From Paragordius varius (Eukaryota; Animalia; Nematomorpha): a stretch of 64,000 nucleotides of DNA. Positions 53,222-64,000 of the stretch are shown here, piece by piece. The position numbers were made by a program, and so were the translations under genes. A model generated the notes under the pieces. That model was not told where the DNA came from. It saw only the letters and a program-made list of their open reading frames with translations, and did not search any database. How positions within the stretch are numbered: the first letter of the stretch is position 1; every line of letters starts with the position of its first letter. The stretch lies in assembly GCA_964247055.1 (NCBI GenBank), contig OZ176051.1, forward strand, positions 5,766,001 through 5,830,000. Direction: 5' to 3'.

Positions 53222-56200
53222 ACCTAAAGTGTCCTTTTAATCATAACGTATATTAAAATTTTGAATTTAATTTGCCTACAAAGCAAAATTAATTTAAAAA
53301 TTTATTTTAGCATGAAATGGGATTCAATACTAATTACATTTTTATGCATTAATTGGAAGTTATTTGAATTAAAAGTTATTTACCTTGATGCCATAAATCA
53401 GTAATCTAAATTCACTATTTAAAAATAATAATAAACTAGCATAGTATTAATAAAAAATTTAAAAAGTAATTATTTGGGCCCGGAGAAGATTATTTAAACT
53501 GAAACCTTATTACGTTTTATAGTTATATACCCCCAATAAATTAATTTTTTTATAAAAATAGAGTTATTTTTTAAATTAATATTGAATAGTTAAAATAGAA
53601 AATATACCAAAAATATTTAAATTAGCAATATTTTTCGAATGCTGTCATTTTTGCCTATGTAAACCATAAAGAAATACAAGTCATTTTTTATAAATTGTTT
53701 TAATTTTGATACGTCTATATAATTGAATGCATACTTTTGAAATGGAAACAATACAATTCACATTTTTAAGATTTTAATAGGTCTTAGGTCATCAAAGATT
53801 CTAATTTAAATAAGAGGGCGTGAACATCATTTGTGTTTAAGAGACAAAAACTATTGGTCGTCTATATCTATTTATTCATGAAAATATGGAGTATGACTAC
53901 GTTTGGAAAAAAATTGCTATCTGAATTCTAAAGTGGAAAATTATTATTACCTAATTACCGGACTCTGTTACTATTAGTTAGCCCTTCGGTCAAACACCAT
54001 TATCCTGGTATTTAGAATAATTATTGATTATAAGCTTTCCGGAAAACGTTTAAAGCCATCATTCTAATTGAAAGTTAAGAATTTTTATATCATTTTTTAT
54101 AAATACGCTGAAGGTGGGTGAGCTATTTTTTCTTTAAAGCTCCTCGGTTGCCCAACAAGTGTTTTTTTAAAAAAATGGCTTTAAAGCAATTTTTAGGAAA
54201 ACGTATCTGTCGATTCGATATTAAAATACAATCAACTAGCAGAGCCAGGTCACGCGTCACTGTGACAAAGATGAAATAATTACAGAATCATACTTTTCCA
54301 AAAAATTAATTAAACTTTCTTTTATATAAAGTTTTAGGCCAGAGGGAGCCCAATCCACTGCAAATAGAAAAAAAGCGCTTAAAAAATTTGCTTTCTTACG
54401 GGAAATTCAAAATGTATAAATTCATATGGCTGTGCTGCAAAAATTGGCTTCAAAGTGTCATTTTTATATAGTGGCGAATTCCTCCAAAAATGTTTTAAAA
54501 CCGCTATTTTTTTCAAATATCTATTTCGAGGGATGAATCAAAACTTATGGGCATATTTAATTAGGCTAGGTGTGTCATTAATGAAAAAACTTTCGAATTT
54601 AAATTAGAAATTGGCCTACACTTGGTCGAAAATTGTATCAGCACCAATATTAATAAACATAACCCTATTTTTATACAGGCAGGGCCGAACTGTTGGGTTT
54701 CTAAATGGTCCTGTCAGCCACTTAGTCGTGGTTGCATTAGAGCCATTATTAAAACCCATAACCTGGTTAATTCAATAAAATAGTTTTGTCACGTTTGGCG
54801 CATAAAAAAATCCATCATCGAATTCGATTAGGCCTACGTTTCAAAAATAAATTCAAAGCCTATATATTGTAAAACCCCATTTTTATAGGAAATAAAGAAT
54901 GGCTCTGCTACCCTCAGCACATGCTTAAAATATGAAATCCCATTATATTTAAATAGGCCTGCGCTCAAGCCGTAAATACAGTGCGCACTAAAAGATTTCT
55001 TGGTAAAATATATATTCTGATAAATAAAACAATCAAATTATCATTGTGCTTTGTTTATGAGCCTCATGCCGGATTTAAGAAACGGGTTTTACCAGTTTCG
55101 CAGTTGCTTCATCTTGATAAATTGCAAAATTCGTATATATAATGCTAAATAAATTATTTTGGTCAAAGCCAAATGCTTGACTTAAAAATTTTCATTTATA
55201 TTTTTAAAAAGCAAAATATTCACCATAAGTTTTCATATAATTTTACCAAGTTATTTGATAAAACATCGTAATTTTGAAAGAAAATTATTTATTTAATTCC
55301 AAATATTGTGGATCGGTTTTCTACATTTCTCTTATCTCTCAGGCAATATATATATATATAAAATTGACTTTTACGGAAACCATTCGAAACATTTTTTAAC
55401 GTCTTTGAAATTATTGAAGTGCATGTGTGCGTGAGGCAAAGCTTTCATTTCTGGCGCCCGGTGCCTGAATCCGTGATGCACCCCTTTTAAAATAAAATAA
55501 TCAATTTCGAACCGTGATCATGGGCACTCATAGATCATTTGTAAATGTATTATTTAAAATAATAACTTTTAATCACCTATTTTTTTATATATAATTTTTT
55601 TAAAAATCCGTCGCCCCTTCGACTATGGCGCCCGGTGCATCATCCCTATTTACCCCCTCTAGCCTCTAGGGTGTGTCGATGCGAATTTGTATTAGTCAAA
55701 TGGCATCATTTCAGGAGAATTCAGCGGGTTCGGGACAAAACATTGTTAAGTAGCAATCTCGTTTTGCTAGTTTTCTAGTTCATTCCGGTTGTTTTTCGAT
55801 TAATGAGTTTTTTGCTTTCACAAAATTTTTTATTTACCAAAATGTGCGCAAATTTTGCCTACTGATATGGAGCATTTACATTGAAGGTAAATAATTTATT
55901 TAATTACTCGTAAGGGGCATATCCAAAAGCACAAGGATTATCCTGATACATTTTAATCAGAATATATTATTTGTTCTGGATTTTGAACCTAGTGATAGAA
56001 TTTTTAACCGACAATAATTGAAATCCAATCGCAAGATATAATGTAATATTCTCATTACATAACGGAAGTTTAAATCCTTTATTATCGAACAATCAAAAAG
56101 TATGAAATTGATATGAAAAGTCAAAAAGTCAAAGGATATTTTTGAAAATTATAAGATTTATTTATTTTCTCAAACTTTAGTGTAAAAGGATGAGGGACCG

Positions 56201-56782
56201 CATATGGCTCGTGGTAAACACTCTGGTAGCATGTTATACTTTTTGCGAGATATCGTATTTATCCGTTTATTTTAAAAGAATAAGATCATTTTATAGAGGG
56301 TAGAATTTTTAATATTTGGATTCCACATCTATACCTAACTTTAAAAGAATATATTTATGATTTAACCATTCATTACCTTTTCACTTTTTTGTCCTTGATT
56401 ACAGCTCAATTTGGTAAATAAACTACAGTTTTGAAAATTATTTTAGTTAAGAGTAACAATCACTGTTCTCATGTATTAGATAAGATGCTTATTTTTTATA
56501 GTTTTAAGACTTCTATAGTCAAAATTGGGAGAGCTGCAAAATATGATAGAAACGAACAGCTGATAATGAAATAAAAATATATCATGTTTTTGCTTGTAAA
56601 GTGAGCCTGAAAGTTCTTAAAGTAAATTATTTACATTTTTACCTAAAAATTGTAAATATTTTTATAAAATTACTCATAGAGCCCCGAACCAAAGGGACCT
56701 TAATGATCCATCACATTAGATAAATATATATTTTATTTTTCACATATATTTATATGTTTCTGTATGGTTTCGTCTGATAACC

Positions 56783-59700
56783 ATGAGTGTCAACTGGGTG
56801 GAATTTGTAAAATTACTTTCCAAAAAATTAATCAATCAACACAATGAGGAAAAAGTTAAAGTAAAATAAATTTCTAGATTACATCAGTATTGAAAAAATT
56901 AGATGCAGTACCGATGTCATTGGATATCTTGAAAGTATATTGAATTTAATTTCAAGGAAACCAAAATCGGGAAAATCGTTAATGATCATAGAAAATCGGA
57001 TAATAGTATAATAGCTGATTTTTCCAAACGGCTCGTTAAAAAATGGAAAGATATTGCATCTGCTGAATCCACACAACAGGTAGGTTTTTGTAATTAAATA
57101 ATATAGGGTCAAATTTTAGTGAGTAAAACAGAGAAACATAATCAACCAAATAGTGTAAATATAAGGGATAGTGACCACGATATTTACAATCCTATTGATA
57201 TACATCAAAAATCTTTAACCATTCAAACGCCATACATTCCGACTCCAATCAATCAATCTTTAACATTATCAGACCCTAAACAATATAATTTAAATTCAAA
57301 AAATAATATCGAAACAAATATTCAAGATTTTTATTTGCAAAAGAGCAAAACCAGAACTCAAATATACTCTGGTAAACGGAAAAATATTACTATTAACCAT
57401 CAATTTGGACTGAATAAAGGTAACAAATAATTTTTACGAACATTTCATTTGTATATTTTGCCTATTTATGATATAAGAAAAAATTATGTATTTGCTCTTT
57501 AATGAATTCTAACGAACCGGTAAAGTATGGTTTTCGTTTATAAACTTTTATTTTTTATTCTTCAATATAAAAAATCTACATTTTATTTTATAAATGATAA
57601 ATTTGATATATAAATGTATCATTAATTTTGTTGCATAACTCTAATTTTTTTATCAATTAATTAATAAATCTTTTTTAGGTGTAATTTGTCAGGATGATCG
57701 TATACCTACCCTATATTCCTTGTGCATTCAAACTCTGATTCAAAATATCGATTCTATCGAATGTATTGGAACCATTCCGGTTGAAATAATTGCACCAGTT
57801 TTAGCAAAGTGTTCCCCAATACAATTATATAATTTGGAAAATTTTAATCCTGTACATAATTACAAATTATTTGATTAAAACTTTCAAATACTCTGTTGTC
57901 AAAAAATAGAGTCATCAATAATGGCTATCGTAATCTTTAAGTTAATTTGTTAAGGGAAAATTATTAATATATTTGTGGACCACTTTAAAAAGGTGAACAT
58001 TTAAAGAAATTTTATTGTTTATGGTCCATATACACTTATTTTTTTTCTTCTTTTAAAAAATATGACTTGTTTTCCATTAAATATTGCCAGATTGTATTTT
58101 AATAAAAAAAATTTTGACTGAAAGGAGAAAAAGGCGGAAAAAATACATATGCAAACAAAAACTTTAAGCCAATCATATTTCTTTTTACTGTAAAGACAGT
58201 ATTCATGTGTAATTTATCTTTAATTTATCTCAAAATATAATTTATACAGAAACTTATCGATGATACCGATACTTATTGGGAGCGACACAGTTTTCGCGAA
58301 TTCAAGCCAGCTCATCAAAAGCGAATGCAACGTTTAGAAAAGAAAACTAGTCATAAATCATCACAAAATAAACGAGTCAAACACAACAGTATAAAAATTT
58401 ATTGTGAATAAAATTTAAAAATAGAAAATAAAAATCTTTTCATTATTTTGGATGTCGTTTGATGATAAATGGCTATGAATATAATGTTAATTGATTGGTT
58501 CAATTATACAAAATAATTTAGGTAACAATATTAATATGCTAATTTTTTTTGTATTATATTAACCGTATACCATCATTTTTATCCAATTATAACTAAAATC
58601 ATATACAGTATTATTAACATTGCTAATTTTTCATTGATTATTGGCAGATAGCCCATACAGCAAACAGTTTTGTATTGGCTTAAATCTATTATTTTTGATT
58701 TTTTGGCTATTTACACGAATAATCATGCTTTTTGCTCTAAATGCTTTGCAATATATGAAATCAACTAGCAATGTATAGTCATTCACACTGTATATAGGAA
58801 AACATAAAAGGAAAAATTTTCAATTTTTTTACACAAACAAACCCCTCTTAAACTTTTATAATCAAAACTTTATAAACATAGGTATCGCTTACCTCCTTTG
58901 AAAGGAGAAAATAGCGCACAAAGGTGATATTCATAAATAAACATAGGTCAGGATACCCAACAAAATCAGAGTGACAATGACGATAGTTTTGATGATGATG
59001 ATGAGGGAAGTGTGAGTTGGCGAGAATTTTATTTGACTCAAATGGATGAACGTGATGCTCGCCTCCAAAAAATTACGGCAAATATTACGGCCTCAATGGC
59101 TCGTTCAACTCCGGGTCCCCGTGTTAAATTGGCTTTCATGTCGGGCCAAGCTAAACCACCGCGAAATGTGTTGCGAAAACAACTCTTGAACTGTACTACC
59201 GCTCCAGGTATGACATTGTAATTTAACAAATGGTGTGATTTATACTTAATAAATGGCATCTATAAATAAGTTGTGCATTTTAAACTTTTTTATTCTATAT
59301 ACGCATACTTGTTTGGTTATTTTATGGAGAATCTTTTCGAAAAAAACATGAAAATACTACAATGTTTTTCAACTAAAATCTAATATAAATTTAGGTTTAA
59401 AACCTTTATCTCTAACGTCAATTAAACCGCTTAATAATGGTTTAACAGCCCAATTAAATGGGAAGGCAATTAACAACAATGCATTGAACCATTTTGCTAA
59501 CTCTAATTCTATGAGCGGAAGTAGTATACGAATTAGTGATCTAGAGGTAGACCCCGAAAAATATGTCGTCCCAAATGGTAAGTTTAATTTTTAAGTCCAT
59601 ATTTTTGTCACAAATTATTTTTGATTTTATTATTTAACCAACATAAAATGAAATTGAGTTAATGCATTATGTTTAATTGTTCCAATAATACCGATTTTAC

Positions 59701-59853
59701 TACGCATATTGATTGAATAATATTTATCCCTATATTTTAAAATAAATTTATTATATAGTCTCAGCTCTAGGAACAAACGTTGCAACAAAAAAAGTAGCCC
59801 CTATTATGAACAAAACTTTGAAATTATTTAAAAGATATCAAACACGCAGGTGA
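56783..59853 (+). CDS. ELOA: Elongin A (transcription elongation factor B polypeptide 3)
   Basis: TFIIS-N domain (LKKLDAVPMSLDILK-ETKIGKIVN...LVKKWK); TQIYSGKR; BC box IPTLYSLCIQTL; ILAPVL-type helix (IIAPVLAKC); SWREFYL; KPPRNVLRKQ; C-terminal KKVAPIMNKTLKLFK; TGA 59851-59853. Confidence 0.93.
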
Positions 59854-60322
59854 TTGGAGACCTTGTTTATTTATTTGGTTTTCATAGAAAATAAATAAAT
59901 TATTATGTGATTGATTTGAAATATTTATGGGCGAATGTATTTAACTCTTGCCTTCAATTATCTAGTCAGTTTCTTGCATATTTTTCTATTTCTCATTTTA
60001 AAATACAACCGTTTAGGGAATTTAGAAATGAAATATTTTATATGGTATGCATTTAACCATTCTTTTCTAAAGGTTTATGGATAAAATACAAACTATATTT
60101 TAAACTGATTAAAATAATTTTTATGTCCCATTAAGGCACAGTTTTTAAGGATCATTTAAGTTTGTGTTTCAATTACCATAAAGATTTATTTGGGGATTAC
60201 CGTTTGATGATTAAGTTATCTTAATTATGAGTCATGTACTTATAACGAATCGGAAAACGATTGTAAGGATTGTTAGCGCTAATAATACATGATATAAGGC
60301 TTTTTATGATTCAACTGTTATA

Positions 60323-61500
60323 CAGGTGTATTTATAATTTTTTACTGGATTTTAAGTGTAAAAAGGCAATTATTTATTTTATACAAAATGTTGTCAATCG
60401 GCTTCTCATCATTTTACACACCTGTTGGGTAGTATTAGAATGGCGTTTTTATGCACAAAACCATTTATCAACTCATTTTTCCATCAAAAAATTTTTAAGT
60501 GCTGCTCTACGCTCTTCCATTGATGCAAAATGTATTAGTTGAGGTGGTGCCAGGTCAAGATAATACGGCATAGGCGGATGAAGTTTCCATTGATGAAATT
60601 TTTATTTATTACCTGTTGGTTATGTGAGCTAAGGATTGTCATGTAAGAAAATCAATTTGACATGTTTACTGGCTCATTCCGGTTAATCGATTGATGTACG
60701 ATTATAATTAGGTATTTGTTAGCGATTGTGTTGTTTAACAATTTCACGGCACTACGAAAGTTAATATTGCTACTATAGTCATAGACACGAAGCCTTTCTT
60801 GCCCAAAAGATTTGGCATTGGTGTTGATGGACCGGCTTGGTGATCATGATTTTTCCATTTGGTTTATAGAATAGGGCCTTTTCTGATCCCACGTCTCATC
60901 GTGACGTTGAAGCAGGATTTCATTAGTCCTTGCGCTTTCGATTTAACGTACCCTCCATTCTAGACATCTATTGATTGTTTTTTTGATACTGCTTCTACCA
61001 ATTTCCGTTGAGTTTCAGTTAGGTCACCATCCAATTCTTGCATTTGATCGTCTTTGTGGTTGTGGTAAATGCTACAATAGTAAAAACTGACAATTTAACG
61101 ATGAATAAGGTTCATTATTTTAATCATAATAACGTCAGATACTGTTCAATATAAATGAACTAATTTTAAGATTTTTATTACCATCATCTTCACATGTGTA
61201 TATTTCCTAACGGTTTTTACTTTTAATATTTAATTCTGTCAAAATTGCATTTATATCTTATATAATGTCCATCCACCTTTTTTTGGCCTCCCTTACGTGT
61301 ACGCTGACCTTTCCCAATATCAAAAATGAATAAGACATAATGGGCCAAATAGTTAAGCAATGAAATATCTGGATTGATTTGTTAAGTATATTCTATTGTA
61401 ATCAATACATTTCTATAAAATATATTTTATAAAAGCGGTAAATGAACGAAATTTGAAATCTAGTCGATCTCGACTGTAGCAATACACACTCATAAACAAA
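60323..61500 (-). mobile_element. Heavily decayed mariner transposon
   Basis: Frame-shifted remnants in mariner order: KGGQKK, PSTPMPNLLGKK (cf. TPKPNLHGKK), LIFLHDN, HPPMPYYLDLAP (cf. HPPYSPDLAP), KWF; TA|CAGGTG terminus at 60321-60328. Right boundary approximate. Confidence 0.75.
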
Positions 61501-61855
61501 AAAATTTTATAAACCATTTTTTCTTCTTAAAAACAGAATTTAATCATTTTATATAACATATGTTGCAGTGCAACCTTTTTTTGTTCAGGTCCTACCAATT
61601 GCAAAAAATATTCTTGCGCTCCCTCTCTCTCAAAAAAATAAAGTTAACAATGCAAAATTTATCACAACCATTTATATTTGTAGCTTTTCGCTATTTTATT
61701 TTTATATTATAATGTTTAATAAGAACCAGTATAAGAAAAAATACAATATGATAGAATTTTAACTAATTATAACTTCCCAATTCTTTAACTTTAATTTAAA
61801 ATTATAAATTATATAAATCATTTTTCAAATATAGCAATATGTTTATTGACATTTT

Positions 61856-62800
61856 AAGGTCGGTTCTCCAAATTTCCCCACCCTCCTAGAGTTTTCTATG
61901 CATCTCTATAACAACCACTGATATATGGCCTGTCGCGTTCAAATAAGGTGCACACTAACTTTGTATTTTATAAAAATGGGGATACCGCCTGCATATTTTT
62001 TATAGTGATATAAACATGAAAATACGATTCAGGCCTAAATAATTCACACTCAATGGGTCTTAGAATCACGCTTATTAACTTTATAAATTGCAAGTTTATA
62101 TTGAAACCCTAAATAATGAGCTAATTTGTTTTATAAAAACGCTTAGGTTCACACTCAATCACTACATCCTGACCAAATACATTTAGACAAATGCGAATAT
62201 TTACCTTTAATTAATTATTATAACAACAATATAAAAATTACATCAAATAATATATAATTTTGTATATTCCGATTTATTAATTATTTTATAGTTTGGAACG
62301 TATTCAAATAAAATTTGGTGCGAGCCTTTTCATTATCACTTATTACTGCCCTCATCACCGCTAAAAATATTCAAAGTGCTTTCAACGGCATTTTGTGAAG
62401 TTTCGTTATTGGGAAAACATAATGGCTCGTTTCTCGCGCACATTCCTGTACCAAAATTATGTTGGCTGACATTTTTCCATTCAAGTTTGTTCGATATTTT
62501 ATAAAAATTATTATTGTTAACCTAATATCCTAAAATGATTATCACACAGAGATTCCAATAAAAATAGTTATGGGACAAAATATTTACCCTAATAAGTCAT
62601 ATTCAGTTCCACAATTAACTGGACCCAGGTGATCATCTGGCATGTAAATTGCTTGACATTTATTATAACAATAAAAGGGTTTACAAAAAATGACATCATA
62701 AGTTAAGCATTGATGTTACACACATTTGTACAATTCTTTTCCACATCTGGATTACAATGTTGCGGTTCCCGCGATATAATCTTTACACACAAAATTATTG
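61856..62800 (+). mobile_element. Possible decayed pogo/Tigger-like (DDE_1) remnant
   Basis: GC-elevated patches with stops in all frames; weak motifs HTQSLHPDQIHLDK and ITAKNIQSAFNGI. Confidence 0.3.
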
Positions 62801-63467
62801 AAAAAATAAATAAATGCGTAGCTATTAATTATTTACAGTAAAAATTTAAAATATGCGGACAAAAGGTAAAAATATATAGAGACAAAATTTTTTTTTCAAA
62901 AAACAACCAAACTTTTTTAAACCTTAATTTATCCCATAAAAATTATTTAAATTGTGTCATCACTTTATATCTCTACTTTATACTTTGCAGTGAAAAACCA
63001 TCTATAAAATATACAAAACTAAATTTGCATATCCAAGTCTATTTTTATATTTGCTAATTTAGGAGTACAAGTATTACTAGCACCCAAAAATGATTTCTGA
63101 ATCATATATCATCCAATAGCTAAAGATCTTCTGGATAATTAATATCAAATGAGGCTCAAATTTAAGGAGTTTTTAGCCAAAATTAAAAATGGCATTTTCA
63201 TCGCATATCCGTTCAAATAAAATTAAATACATATAGGAATACGCATTAGCTAAATCTTACCTGTTAATATTAATCATAATGATAATCCTAAACATTAACG
63301 ATTAAAATTCTGCATTTTTTTCAAAAACTTCTTGAAGACTTAGAGGTATTGATGCCGAATTGCATAATTTGGCGTTAAAAAACACTTGCAATGAAGATAA
63401 AGATTAATCCTAAATATATTATATATATTGCGTTTACATAAGGTCCAAGTCTTACATATACCATTTA

Positions 63468-63633
63468 CACTTCAAGAGTGTCCTTGAACAATTCAAGAGT
63501 GTCCTTGAACAATTCAAGTTGGTCCTTGAACAATTCAAGTTGGTCCTTGAACAATTCAAGTTGGTCCTTGAACAGTTCAAGTTGGTCCTTGAATAATTCA
63601 AGTTGGTCCTTGAACAATTCAAGTTGGTCCTTT
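63468..63633 (+). repeat. 21-bp minisatellite, 7 full units (tccttgaacaattcaagttgg)
   Basis: Units at 63481, 63502, 63523, 63544, 63565, 63586, 63607; preceded by the family A terminus tataccatttacac. Confidence 0.92.
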
Positions 63634-64000
63634 AACTTTTTTGCTTTGTTTTAAACTTTTATCAATCAAATCGAAAATAATTCGTCTATTTTATTGTTTT
63701 TAACCTATTTTCTATTATTTAACATAAATTTTAAATCGATATCAACTTTTAATCTTTGAAAAACCGTATATCTTTATTAATTTCTTAAAATAAATTTGGA
63801 TATTTATAAGATTTTAACATAAAATGAAAAATTATATAAGTTTTCTGGGTTATAAATTAAAATTTTTCATTAAAAACATTTAAAAGTCAATAATTTTGTT
63901 GAATTGAAAAAAAATAGTTTGAAACAAAAAAGTGGTTTTTCAATAAAATATTTTATTTTTAAAAGAATAAATATATAATAAATAAAGAAAATTAGGTAAA

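Noticed and set aside
60323-61080. Alternative genetic code or stop read-through gene (one frame has mostly TGA stops)
   Set aside because: Motifs across three frames assemble into a decayed mariner transposase; neighbouring genes use the standard code with TAA/TGA stops.
63468-63633. CRISPR-like array of palindromic 21-bp repeats
   Set aside because: Units abut with no unique spacers, no cas genes, eukaryotic context.

Overview
Very AT-rich eukaryotic (animal-like) genomic DNA with five intron-containing genes: UBR5/hyd (minus strand, ATG at 20119, running off the left edge), kynureninase (30007-43575), a divergent actin (43827-45069), an RMDN/PTPIP51-like gene (48910-52174) and Elongin A (56783-59853). 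Transposons are dense: a decayed Ty3/gypsy LTR element, an RTE-like LINE fragment, hAT, Tc1/IS630 and mariner remnants, a non-autonomous Helitron, several MITE families and multiple fold-back structures. Gene calls come from recognising conserved motifs and splicing exons by hand; no database search was run. The most striking signal is intron architecture: at least eight GT-AG introns of 22-29 nt (one possibly 17 nt) in four genes coexist with TE-inflated introns of 2-6.6 kb. Other leads: Asn at the conserved PLP-binding Asp of kynureninase (AAC, one A-to-G from Asp), an LTR element 96 bp upstream of the UBR5 start codon, and nested intronic palindromes. No rRNA, tRNA or CRISPR array was supportable.
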